From NCBI GenBank assembly GCA_963782225.1, contig CAWAIQ010000001.1, positions 29,455-93,454 of the forward strand: a DNA stretch of 64,000 nucleotides. Reading direction: 5' to 3'. Each line of letters begins with the position of its first letter. Within the stretch, counting starts at the first letter, position 1. The translations under genes and the position numbers were made by a program. The DNA is from an uncultured Chitinophagaceae bacterium. Lineage in GTDB: Bacteria; Bacteroidota; Bacteroidia; Chitinophagales; Chitinophagaceae. The notes beneath the pieces were generated by a model, which searched no databases, was not told the origin of the DNA, and saw nothing but the letters and a program-made list of their open reading frames with translations. Positions 40,507 through 49,431 of the stretch are shown in pieces.

Positions 40507-41073
40507 ATGCTTACACTTTTTCCAAATGAGTTGATTTTGCCAGCGGGATTTCTGTATGTGCCGGACTTTATAACGGAACACGAAGAACAACGATTGCTTG
40601 ACGTGATCTCTAATATCGAACTGCACAACTTTACATTCCGCGGATTTGAAGCGAAGCGTAAAGCGGCGAGTTTCGGATTCGATTATCACTTTGAGTCCGG
40701 CCAGTTGACTAGCGGAGCCCCGATACCCCTCGACTTTATTCCGCTCATTGAGAAAGTCAGTACATACTTATCATTGCAAAAAGAGATCGCTGAGTTGCTG
40801 GTGTTACAGTATCCGGAAGGCGCTGTGATCAACTGGCATCGCGATGCGCCTCCATTCGATATCATCATCGGCATTTCCCTGTTAGCTGAGTGCACTTTTA
40901 TGCTTCGGCCGTATGACAAAGCAAAGCAGTCGCGCAAGTCAATTATTCGGTTACAGGTTGGGCGGCGGTCGCTCTATGCTATGCAAGGCCCCGCACGCAG
41001 TGAGTGGGAACATAGTACGGCGCCTGCGGCGGCGCTGCGATATTCCATTACGCTACGAACCTTAAAGGCCTGA
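40507..41073 (+). CDS. alkB: alpha-ketoglutarate/Fe(II)-dependent dioxygenase, AlkB-like
   Basis: …GFLYVPDFITEHEEQRLL…; facial triad context INWHRDA … EWEHS; …RYSITLR (2OG-binding Arg). Confidence 0.8.
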   Translation: MLTLFPNELILPAGFLYVPDFITEHEEQRLLDVISNIELHNFTFRGFEAKRKAASFGFDYHFESGQLTSGAPIPLDFIPLIEKVSTYLSLQKEIAELLVLQYPEGAVINWHRDAPPFDIIIGISLLAECTFMLRPYDKAKQSRKSIIRLQVGRRSLYAMQGPARSEWEHSTAPAAALRYSITLRTLKA

Positions 41074-41081
41074 ACATAATA

Positions 41082-41100
41082 TTTTATGTAAAACATAAAA
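41082..41100. promoter_or_regulatory. perfect palindrome TTTTATGT-AAA-ACATAAAA in AT-rich spacer: candidate operator of the downstream HTH regulator
   Basis: 8+8 bp inverted repeat 49 nt upstream of ATG 41149; further ACATAA/TTATGT half-sites at 41074-41079 and 41134-41139. Confidence 0.35.
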
Positions 41101-41148
41101 CATTTTATATATTGCATATAATATTACTAAATTTACATAAAAACAGCC

Positions 41149-41757
41149 ATGAGCCGAATCTACACCCGGATACTCTATGTTATCACGACCATAGCCTGGT
41201 ACCTTTTCCTTTTACTCTTCATATTTGTGTTTGGCGTAATCGTTTTGAGATTAGTCACCAATGGTTATGTTATCCAGGATGTGGTCGCGCATCTGAAATC
41301 GGTGGATAGCCTTCCGAGCCTTTCACCGAACACCACCACATATACTTTACATTCCATTCCCGGCGCGGAAGCATTGCTTAAACTGAATATCCGGATGACG
41401 CCGCTGAATGCAGTGCTTGTGATGGTGGGATTTCTATTATATGCTTTCCTTACGTTAACTATAATTGTGCAGCTGCGAAGATTATTCTCTTCACTACTCA
41501 AACAAACACCTTTCGACACGGTGAATGTGCGGCGCCTTTACAGGATAAGCTGGTGTCTTGTGGGTATATTCATCATAAACCTGGCGACTAATTTATGCCA
41601 CGGGTATATCTTGTCCCATTATTTTGACCAGCCGAAATACATCGCGAAATTAGACCCGGGATGGAGCCTTTTATTGATGGCAATGACCGTGTTTGTGCTA
41701 TCTACGGTGTTTTATAAGGGGTATGAATTGAAAAGCGACAACGAAACTATTATCTGA
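41149..41757 (+). CDS. DUF2975-like integral membrane protein
   Basis: 202 aa, 5-6 TM; fixed partner position immediately upstream of a YozG-type HTH gene. Confidence 0.65.
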   Translation: MSRIYTRILYVITTIAWYLFLLLFIFVFGVIVLRLVTNGYVIQDVVAHLKSVDSLPSLSPNTTTYTLHSIPGAEALLKLNIRMTPLNAVLVMVGFLLYAFLTLTIIVQLRRLFSSLLKQTPFDTVNVRRLYRISWCLVGIFIINLATNLCHGYILSHYFDQPKYIAKLDPGWSLLLMAMTVFVLSTVFYKGYELKSDNETII

Positions 41758-41963
41758 TGCCAATTATTATTAACCTCGACGTGGAGATGGCAAAAAACAA
41801 AATGTCGCTGACGGATTTGTCGGAGAAGGTTGGTATCTCCATGACTAATCTCTCTTTATTAAAAACGGGTAAAGTAAAAGGTATTCGGTTCGAGACGCTA
41901 GAGGCTATCTGCCGCGTGTTGAAATGTACGCCTGGCGATATTCTTGGTATTTCGAAGAAATAG
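41757..41963 (+). CDS. XRE/Cro-type HTH transcriptional regulator (YozG-like)
   Basis: MPIIINLDVEMAKNKMSLTDLSEKVGISMTNLSLLKTGKVKGIRFETLEAICRVLKCTPGDIL; start overlaps upstream stop (TGATG). Confidence 0.85.
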   Translation: MPIIINLDVEMAKNKMSLTDLSEKVGISMTNLSLLKTGKVKGIRFETLEAICRVLKCTPGDILGISKK

Positions 41964-42066
41964 ATGAGATCTGGAACTGCCGTTAATTCTTCACAACATT
42001 TTAGCAAAACTTCCGCTGTTACTCGCTATATTTAAGTACCCTCTTTTAAAGGCGAAAAAATATATA

Positions 42067-42447
42067 GTGATGAAAGAAAATGAAGGTATAGCAATCGAGT
42101 ACCAGGCGCAAACAAACGACTTTCAACAATTTCTTCAAACCCACCTCGATCACTCCCATCCATGCGTTGTAAATTTTTGTTTTGAGCATATTGTGGATTA
42201 CATGCTTGTACACAAGGCTGATGGCGATCTCCGACAAATTAAAACGGAAACACTTAAACAAAAAAAGGCCCTGGAGTCGATTCTTGATTTGATGCAATGG
42301 AATGAAAAGCATCAGCCAAGCATCACCCTGCTGCAAGCCGCAATCCCTATGGTATCTGCAATCGCCGATATTTTTCCGGTTGAAGCGTTTACCCGAAAAG
42401 ATTTTCCAGCAGAAGTGCCTATTTACAGCCTGCCGGACCACGGTTGA
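42067..42447 (+). CDS. hypothetical protein (126 aa, GTG start)
   Basis: ORF track only. Confidence 0.4.
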   Translation: MMKENEGIAIEYQAQTNDFQQFLQTHLDHSHPCVVNFCFEHIVDYMLVHKADGDLRQIKTETLKQKKALESILDLMQWNEKHQPSITLLQAAIPMVSAIADIFPVEAFTRKDFPAEVPIYSLPDHG

Positions 42448-42492
42448 TTGCAACGATTGGCCACTATAAGGTGTCTTACTAAAAAAGATGCT

Positions 42493-42888
42493 ATGCGCGT
42501 ATTTATTTTCCTGACGCTTGTTTTTATATTCGCTTCATGCGAGCGTGACGATGTTGACAATCAGAACACAAGCCTTCTTGGTAAATGGAAACTCACTGCC
42601 TTCAACATCTCGAATGGCGGTCCGTCAACGTGGCAGGACGCCGACCCTGACGACTCGTCTTATGTTACGTTTACTTCCACAGGAAAACTGATCTTTTCGA
42701 CCCATAATGTAGAAACGCATTTCGACTACCAGATCCTGGAAGAAGGGAAATTCACCGCCACCCGCGATAGCAGTTCTTTCGATTATTGGTATACTCTCGA
42801 GGGAAATATATTAGAACTCACCGGTGGAGGATGCATTGAAGAGTGTTCCAGGAGGTATAAACGTGTTTCAGACGCATTTGAAGACTAG
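42493..42888 (+). CDS. lipocalin-like lipoprotein
   Basis: From ATG 42493: MRVFIFLTLVFIFASCERDD (lipobox), LLGKWKLTAF… beta-rich. Confidence 0.55.
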   Translation: MRVFIFLTLVFIFASCERDDVDNQNTSLLGKWKLTAFNISNGGPSTWQDADPDDSSYVTFTSTGKLIFSTHNVETHFDYQILEEGKFTATRDSSSFDYWYTLEGNILELTGGGCIEECSRRYKRVSDAFED

Positions 42889-42912
42889 CGTGACTAAACC
42901 CTGTTCTTTCAC

Positions 42913-43275
42913 CTATTTTATTTTCATAACCGGTATGAGCGGGTCAACTTCTACAAGTTCCAGCGATTTTACCATATTAGCTGTGGCATTTTTATATTTC
43001 AGGAAGTGCGGCGTTTGTATGTGTGCTTTATAGGCAGCAGAACCTGCGTAAATTTCAAGTATCGTAACTTTCGTAGGGTGCTGTTTCTCGAAAACCGCAT
43101 ACAGCGTTAACACTCCTGGTTCAACTTTTACTGACGTTTCTATTTCTTCTTTAAGAAAAACTTTATACGCATCAAGTTGTGCTGAATCTATTTCAAGCTT
43201 CGCAAGTCGTGTCATGCGATTCTGCGCAGCGGCTTTACATGAAAGGAAAAGGGAAAAGATAAGCAGATACTTCAT
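42913..43275 (-). CDS. ABM-domain (antibiotic-biosynthesis/quinol monooxygenase-like) protein with signal peptide
   Basis: …LAKLEIDSAQLDAYKVFLKEEIETSVKVEPGVLTLYAV…ILEIYAGSAAYKAHIQTPHFLKYK. Confidence 0.7.
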   Translation of the reverse strand: MKYLLIFSLFLSCKAAAQNRMTRLAKLEIDSAQLDAYKVFLKEEIETSVKVEPGVLTLYAVFEKQHPTKVTILEIYAGSAAYKAHIQTPHFLKYKNATANMVKSLELVEVDPLIPVMKIK

Positions 43276-43300
43276 CCTCCAAAATTACAATAACGCGTCC

Positions 43301-43729
43301 TTACATTTTAAGGGAAACATTCCTGTTGCAGATTGATTTGAAGAGGCCCCCAACCTCTTTCATTTCATCGAGGCGTATAGGCTTATTAATAAAATCCTCT
43401 GCTCCCAGCGAAAGGCTTTGATCGTAGTCGCTTCGTGCTTTTGAGCTGCTAAACATATACACCGGCAGCTTCGAATATTGTTTGCTGGCCTTTAATTGCT
43501 CCAGCGTGTATAAGCCATTCCAGATGGGCATATTTACATCGAGCACGATGCAGCAGGGGAGTGGAGTGCCTGCAGGCAGCTTATCGAGAAATCTCATCGT
43601 TTCGCGCCCATCCGGCACACACACTACCCGGAGGGCAGGATCGGCCTCGCTGAGGATTTCAATAACGGTCTCCCGGTCGTCGGGATCGTCGTCCGCATAC
43701 AGAAGATACTTTTCCGCAGTATTGGTCAT
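43301..43729 (-). CDS. response regulator, receiver domain only (Rcp1/CheY-like)
   Basis: 142 aa; LLYADDDPDD…, CIVLDVNMPIWNG, …VYMFSSS…, …INKP; divergent from the hydrolase-kinase pair. Confidence 0.85.
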   Translation of the reverse strand: MTNTAEKYLLYADDDPDDRETVIEILSEADPALRVVCVPDGRETMRFLDKLPAGTPLPCCIVLDVNMPIWNGLYTLEQLKASKQYSKLPVYMFSSSKARSDYDQSLSLGAEDFINKPIRLDEMKEVGGLFKSICNRNVSLKM

Positions 43730-43821
43730 TGTAAAGAAAGCTAATCAAATATAAAAATATGGTCAAAAAAAAGAGCCCGGCATCCAACTTTTAATGTATC
43801 GCCTTACCGTGCTCATTTCCG

Positions 43822-43829
43822 TACTTTTG
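43822..43829 (+). promoter_or_regulatory. Bacteroidota -7 box candidate TACTTTTG
   Basis: Exact TAnnTTTG 18 nt upstream of ATG 43847. Confidence 0.3.
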
Positions 43830-43846
43830 ACCATTAATCCTCCAAC

Positions 43847-44644
43847 ATGTCGGTGATCCAGCGAAATAATGTCAATGTAAGTGGTAAAGGTACAGTGCCA
43901 ATGCTTTTTGCCCACGGTTTTGGATGTGACCAGGAGATGTGGCGGTATGTAGCCCCGACTTTTGAGAAAAATTATAAAGTAATACGGTTCGATTATGTGG
44001 GCCACGGGAGGTCGGACCGCTCTGCGTATAATGCAAGCAGGTATCAGTCGCTTCGCGGATACGCACAGGATGTGCTGGACATTTGTCACGAACTGGCCCT
44101 GAAAGATGTAGTATTTGTTGGACATTCTGTAAGCAGCATGATTGGTATGCTCGCTGCGATCGAAGCACCCGGTGTATTTTCTAAACTCATCATGATTGGG
44201 CCCTCGCCGTGTTATATCAACGAAGCCGATTATACGGGTGGATTTGAAAAAAGTGATATAGAAGCGTTGTTGCAAACGATGGATAAGAATTATATCGGTT
44301 GGGCAAATTACCTGGCGCCGGTAGTGATGGCTAACCCGGATAAGCCGGAGCTTTCTGCAGAGCTTGCCGAAAGTTTTTGCTCCACTGATCCGAAAATTGC
44401 GCGACAATTTGCACAGGTAACATTTTTATCCGACAACCGCGACGACCTGCATAAGCTGAAAACACCATCGCTCATTCTGCAATGTTCTAACGATTTGATA
44501 GCTCCCGCAACTGTTGGTGAGTACCTTGCGAAAAATTTACGTAATAGCCAGCTATGGAATTTGGCGGCGACAGGGCATTGTCCGCAGATGAGTGCACCGC
44601 AGGAGACGATCGACGCAATACAAAAATTTTTAAGAGTAGCTTGA
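43847..44644 (+). CDS. RsbQ/KAI2/D14-type alpha/beta-hydrolase
   Basis: 265 aa; collinear with Bacillus RsbQ as I remember it: NNVNVSGKG…MLFAHGFGCDQEMW…FDYVGHG.SD…GYAQDVLDIC…VFVGHSVSSMIGMLA (Ser), …NYIGWA…FCSTDPKIARQFA…SLILQCSNDLIAPATVGEY (Asp), …ATGHCPQMS (His). Confidence 0.85.
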   Translation: MSVIQRNNVNVSGKGTVPMLFAHGFGCDQEMWRYVAPTFEKNYKVIRFDYVGHGRSDRSAYNASRYQSLRGYAQDVLDICHELALKDVVFVGHSVSSMIGMLAAIEAPGVFSKLIMIGPSPCYINEADYTGGFEKSDIEALLQTMDKNYIGWANYLAPVVMANPDKPELSAELAESFCSTDPKIARQFAQVTFLSDNRDDLHKLKTPSLILQCSNDLIAPATVGEYLAKNLRNSQLWNLAATGHCPQMSAPQETIDAIQKFLRVA

Positions 44645-45843
44645 TAACTGAAGGATATTGGCATACCGCACCAGCATTGTATCTCACCTTCACCGACGAT
44701 GGTAAAATATTGTCGTTTAATGACACGTTATGTCATTTGCTCGGGTATGATTCGAGTGATTTAGAAGCGGCCACTCTCGATAACATTCTTCCTGTATCAT
44801 CGCGGATATTTTATCAAACTCACTGGTTTCCGACACTGCGGTTAACTCAAAACGCAAATGAGCTTTTTGTTTTATTCAGGCATAAGAATAAAAGTGATCT
44901 TCCTTTTCTGTTGAATTCAAAACGGCAGGAAGTTGATGGTATGATGGTTACTGCATGTGTGGGCATACTTGTACTGAACCGGGTGAAGTATGAAGATGAG
45001 TTGCTCGCTGCAAGAAAAGCCTATGAGTCGGCCCTGAGTACAAATGCTGCACTTTTTGACGCGCGTGAACAGCTTGCGAAACATAGCGAGCAGCTCGACA
45101 AAAATTTTTCTCAGTTGAATCAGCAACATAGTGAGTTGCGACAAATAAGTAAAGTAGTGACGCACGATTTGCAGGAACCGCTTAGAAAACTACTTTACTA
45201 TGCGGATGTATTGCATGAATATGGCGACACGCTTCCTGCTGAGGTGGCGAAAAAACTAAACAGGTTGCAGTCGGTTACTTTGCAGTTGCAACGCAGAATT
45301 GGCGGCCTGCAACAATATATGTGGCTAACGGAGGACGATGCGCCGGTGAGAAATGTGTCGCTCGAAAATGTAATGGATGTTGTAAAGGATACACTTGACC
45401 TCAGGTTTGGTTCAGGTCAGTTTATGTTGGCATGTGATCCATTGCCCGAGATACTGGGAAATGAGCGGCAGCTCGAAGTATTATTCACGCATATATTAGA
45501 TAATGCCGTGCGGTTTGTTCCGGCGGATAAAAAACCTGCTGTAAAAATCAGGGCGACACAACTTCAAAACAATCACTTCAGGAATCTGAAAGAAGAATAC
45601 AGGTACACCGATCATTTGCGTTTGGAAATTGAGGACAATGGAATTGGGATTGAAGACGAATTGCGAGAGCAGGTGTTTGCGATGTTTTATTCCTCGAATA
45701 ACCCCGACGGTGCGGGGATGGGGCTGGCACTTGTTTCGAAGATTGTAGAGTTTCATCATGGAACGGTTAGTGTTCACAGCGAACCAGGGAAGGGTACAGT
45801 CGTGACGGTCACTTTTCCGATGGGCAACCTCATTATTCATTAA
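44641..45843 (+). CDS. PAS-domain sensor histidine kinase (phytochrome-type H-box)
   Basis: Start uncertain (TTG 44641 overlapping the hydrolase TGA, or ATG 44554 with 91-nt overlap). PAS-like about 125 aa, coiled coil, H-box KVVTHDLQEPLRKL, N-box HILDNAVRF, G-boxes EDNGIGIE and GAGMGLALV. Confidence 0.8.
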   Translation: MITEGYWHTAPALYLTFTDDGKILSFNDTLCHLLGYDSSDLEAATLDNILPVSSRIFYQTHWFPTLRLTQNANELFVLFRHKNKSDLPFLLNSKRQEVDGMMVTACVGILVLNRVKYEDELLAARKAYESALSTNAALFDAREQLAKHSEQLDKNFSQLNQQHSELRQISKVVTHDLQEPLRKLLYYADVLHEYGDTLPAEVAKKLNRLQSVTLQLQRRIGGLQQYMWLTEDDAPVRNVSLENVMDVVKDTLDLRFGSGQFMLACDPLPEILGNERQLEVLFTHILDNAVRFVPADKKPAVKIRATQLQNNHFRNLKEEYRYTDHLRLEIEDNGIGIEDELREQVFAMFYSSNNPDGAGMGLALVSKIVEFHHGTVSVHSEPGKGTVVTVTFPMGNLIIH

Positions 45844-45855
45844 AAAAACTACAAA

Positions 45856-46599
45856 TTGGAATTCAACCCAGGCAACCAGGTAGTAAAAAGGTGTCTTGAA
45901 GGCATGGCGCTCGAAGGGCGCGGCAACGACCCAGAAGCTGCCCGCGTTTTCATGCAGGCATGGAACGAGGCAACGAACGACTTTGAAAAGTTTCTGGCAG
46001 CGTATTATGTGGCACGACACCAGCAAACGGCTAATGATCAGGTGCAATGGCTAAAGACCGCTCTGGCATGTGCAGCCAAAGTAAACGACGAATCGGTGAG
46101 GGCAGGAATGGTGGCATTGCATGAGCGTTTAGCACAGTGCTATCAAGAATTAAATGATGCCGACAACGTAAGGGTGCATCAAAAGTTGGCGGCAGCGCTC
46201 AATACTACGCCGGCCGACAAAGGACCTTTTTATCATGGCACGCGGGCTGCTTTAAAGGTGGGGGAGTTGCTTATACCAGGCTACATGTCGAATTACAAGT
46301 CGGATTTAATGATGAATCATATTTACTTTACGGCGTTGGCGAATGGTGCCGGCCTTGCTGCAGCTTTGGCGAAGGGGGAGACTAGCGAACGGGTGTACAT
46401 TGTTGAGCCGACCGGTGTGTTTGAGGATGATCCTAATGTTACAAATAAAAAATTCCCGGGTAACCCAACAAGATCCTATCGAACGCAGGAACCATTAAAA
46501 GTGGTGGGTGAATTAACGGAATGGATGAGAATAACGCCGGAAGAACTTCGGAAATGGAAGGAGAAATTAGCGCAAAGTGATGGCGAGATTATTAATTAG
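45856..46599 (+). CDS. arr: NAD+--rifampin ADP-ribosyltransferase (Arr family) with about 105-120-aa N-terminal helical extension
   Basis: C-terminal 125 aa: GPFYHGTRAALKVGELL…MNHIYFTALANGAGLAAALA…RVYIVEPTGVFEDDPNVTNKKFPGNPTRSYRTQEPLKVVGEL, the Arr core (compare Arr-2 GPFYHGT…HIYF…YIVEPTGPFEDDPNLTNKRFPGNPTQSYRT). Start TTG 45856 or ATG 45904. Confidence 0.8.
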   Translation: MEFNPGNQVVKRCLEGMALEGRGNDPEAARVFMQAWNEATNDFEKFLAAYYVARHQQTANDQVQWLKTALACAAKVNDESVRAGMVALHERLAQCYQELNDADNVRVHQKLAAALNTTPADKGPFYHGTRAALKVGELLIPGYMSNYKSDLMMNHIYFTALANGAGLAAALAKGETSERVYIVEPTGVFEDDPNVTNKKFPGNPTRSYRTQEPLKVVGELTEWMRITPEELRKWKEKLAQSDGEIIN

Positions 46600-46650
46600 G
46601 ATGTGAGTTAGATGCAAGATATACGCGTACATTCGAAATAAAACCTAAGG

Positions 46651-47112
46651 ATGGCTAAGGAAATGGTAATTGAAAAAAAGGTTTCTATCGATAGAAGTGT
46701 TTCTGAAGTATTTGAGTTTTTGAAAGAAACGAAAAACCAGGACCTCTTCAGTGTGTGGAACATGAAAGACCCGGACATGAAGAAAAGTTACTCCGGCACC
46801 GATGGCACTGCAGGTTTTATTTATTCATGGGACAGCCAGGACAAAAGTGTTGGCGCGGGCTCCCAGGAAATTACCCGCATTGCACCCGACAAGATGATTG
46901 AGTATGAGATGAGGTTTCTGCGGCCGATGAAAAATACTGCGTCAGCTACATTTTTAATTAGTAAGGTTGTAGGCGAAAGCACTCTGGTTACCTGGACTTT
47001 CAAAAGCCCTACGAAATTTCCGATGTCGCTTTTCAGCCCAATATTTAAAAACATCTTAGGAAAGCAGCTTCAGCAAAGCCTGGATAATCTAAAGGCGCTC
47101 CTGGAGAAATAA
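46651..47112 (+). CDS. SRPBCC-family (START/polyketide-cyclase-like) protein
   Basis: 153 aa; …VSIDRSVSEVFEFLKETKNQ…LVTWTFKS…. Confidence 0.7.
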   Translation: MAKEMVIEKKVSIDRSVSEVFEFLKETKNQDLFSVWNMKDPDMKKSYSGTDGTAGFIYSWDSQDKSVGAGSQEITRIAPDKMIEYEMRFLRPMKNTASATFLISKVVGESTLVTWTFKSPTKFPMSLFSPIFKNILGKQLQQSLDNLKALLEK

Positions 47113-47180
47113 AGCATCAGCCGGGGCATTGGCATAAGATTTATAGCCCATATTATCCATTCTTTTACAAATGTGATTAT

Positions 47181-48393
47181 ATGAGGCGTAGTAGATGCTG
47201 GTGGGTGTGCATAATCTTATTCTGCATTTTTAGCAATGAAATTTATGCGCAGCGAGGCCTTCCTCCCAAAAAAAAGACACGGTCGACACTCGTAACGAAG
47301 TATCCCCAACACCTGGACTTTTTACCAGACATGGTAAAACTTCTTAAGGTGCCTGATGGGTGGGAAGTTAAAGTGGCGGCGTCTGGCCTTGGCAGGCCGC
47401 GAATGATGTATAGTCAACGCGAAGGCGAACTGTATATCACACGCCGTGATGCAGGCGATGTGTTGTTGCTTAAAGACACCGATAATGATTCAGTCTTTGA
47501 CGATGTCAAAACCATTGTATATCCATTCAAAGGCGTTCATGGCATCGCCATAAAAAATGGATGGCTCTATCTCTGCAATAACACAGAACTCCGCAGATAT
47601 CTCCTCAACTCAGATGGCACTGTAAGCAACGAAGAAGTGCTCATAACGGATTTGCCTAGTGGAGGCCAACATCCAAACAGAACAATAGCGTTTGGTCCCG
47701 ATGGTAAACTATATATCAGCGTCGGCACGCTTTGCAATGATTGCAAGGAGAGCGATAAAGAAACTGCATCAATTTTGCAGGTTGACACCACAACGTGGAA
47801 GCGTACTATTTACGCCAGCGGCTTAAGAAATACTATTGGTTTCGACTTTAATCCCGAAACCGGTAAGCTGTGGGGTATGGATAACGGCGGTGACGGTAAA
47901 GGAAATAAATGGCCACCCGAAGAGCTTAATTTAATTGAAAAGGATGGCAACTACGGCTTTCCATTCGCTTATGGAAAAAAGGAAGTTGACCAAACGCGCG
48001 AAGATCCCCCGGGTGATGTAAAAGAAGAATGGGTGAAAAATACTCAGCCTTCGGTGATGGAATTTGCCGCACATATGGCGCCTATCGGTTTTACATTTTT
48101 GAAGAATACAAGGGGAAGTTCAGATATGTCGGGTGATGCGCTGGTGTGCTGGCATGGATCATGGAACCGCAGTAAACCTGTGGGTTTTAAAGTACAGATG
48201 AATATATTTTGAAAATGGCCAGCCCACGAGAGCAGAAGATTTTCTAAATGGATTTCTGAAGCCTGGATTTTTGATGTTTAAAAGGAAGGCGAGGTTTGGT
48301 CGTCCTGCGGGTGTAACCTCGTCGCCTTCCGGCATTATATATGTTTCGGATGACGCAAATGGAGTTATCTATTCTATCCAAAGAAAAAAATAA
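47181..48393 (+). pseudogene. PQQ-dependent sugar (sorbosone/glucose) dehydrogenase-family beta-propeller, one +1 frame step near the 3' end
   Basis: …GGQHPNRTIAFGPDGKLYISVGTLCNDC…GLRNTIGFDFNPETGKLWGMDNG…; track ORF stops at 48212 but the expected C-terminus (IYFENGQPTRAEDFLNGFL…GRPAGVTSSPSGIIYVSDDANGVIYSIQRKK*) continues in the +1 frame to 48393; junction about 48197-48205. Confidence 0.75.
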
Positions 48394-48394
48394 C

Positions 48395-49431
48395 ATGAAG
48401 AAGATAATTGTGATTGTGATAGCGGTTATTGCTTATGGATGCATCGCCATTAAGCCGACGGAAAGAATAAACTTCGATGCGCCTGGAACTTATCCTGAAG
48501 GTATCGCTTACGACAGCGCAGCTAAAACATATTATGTTTCAAGCGCACGACTCGCGACAATCGGGAAGGTAACGCCGGAAGGCGCTTACTCGGTGTTTCA
48601 TGCAGATAGCACACTTAAGTCGACTTACGGAATGAAAATTCATCCCGATGGAAAGCGTTTGTTTGTTTGTGTGAGCGACGCCAATTACAGCAAATTTACT
48701 TCACCGGATACGCGGAAGAAATTAATACGATTACTCAGTTTCGATGTGGCATCAGGAAAGAAGGTAGGGGATGTTGATTTATCGTCGTTGGTGCCTGGTG
48801 AGCATTTTGGAAATGACCTGGCGTTTGATGATGCTGGCAATGCATATGTTACGGATAGTTACGCGCATGTATTTATAAAGTAGATGCAGGCGGTAAAGCG
48901 AGCGTATTTGTCAAGGATAAAATGTTTGAAACGAAAGGCATTGGGTTAAATGGTATCGTGTATCATCCTTCCGGATTTTTGCTCGTTGATAACACCAATA
49001 CTGGTGCATTGTATAAAGTTGACATTAAAGATCCGACAAAAGTGAGTAAAGTAAAGTTGAACCAGTTTTTTCTGGGAGAGATGGTTGATTTGGAAAGATC
49101 CTGAAAGTTAGTGATGGTGGTAAATGGGAACAATGATAAGATTTATCAGCTTACTTCCGAGGATAACTGGAATAGTGCTGAAATGAAAGCTACTACTATA
49201 ATTGCGGATCGGTTTACTTATCCTGCCACTGCAGCGCGCAATGGTAATGATATCTGGATAATGAATGCAAAGTTTAATGAATTGGTAGATAGCAACAATG
49301 TGCCTTCAAAATCCTTTGCTATTCAACGGGCGGTTTTTAAGCCTATCCCTAAGAAGCTTAAGAAAATAAGTTGTGAAATTAAGCACGCCTCGATTGATAT
49401 TTGTCAAAGCGTGCTATCTTTTATTCGTTGA
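48395..49431 (+). pseudogene. SMP-30/gluconolactonase/LRE-like beta-propeller lipoprotein, disrupted at two or more sites
   Basis: Three track ORFs (48341..48883, 48922..49104, 49111..49431) read as one protein: lipobox IAYGC, …YPEGIAYDS…, …AYVTDSYAHV|IYKVDAGGKASVF… (junction about 48870), in-frame TGA at 49102-49104; 3' end uncertain. Confidence 0.6.

Noticed and set aside
43763-44407. Long antisense ORFs: 214 aa opposite the RsbQ-like gene, 183 aa at 45496..46047, 177 aa at 62549..63082, 125 aa at 40008..40385 and 138 aa at 37732..38148
   Set aside because: Each lies wholly inside a sense-strand gene with clear family-level motifs. Their translations are Arg/Cys/His-rich with no recognisable motifs and no promoter or start context. 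They are shadow ORFs.
49102-49104. In-frame TGA in the SMP-30-like gene as selenocysteine or programmed read-through
   Set aside because: No SECIS-like hairpin follows, and the family is not a selenoprotein family. The +1 frame across 49075-49108 reads a plausible LIWKDPES, so paired indels or a substitution in an already damaged gene is the simpler explanation.
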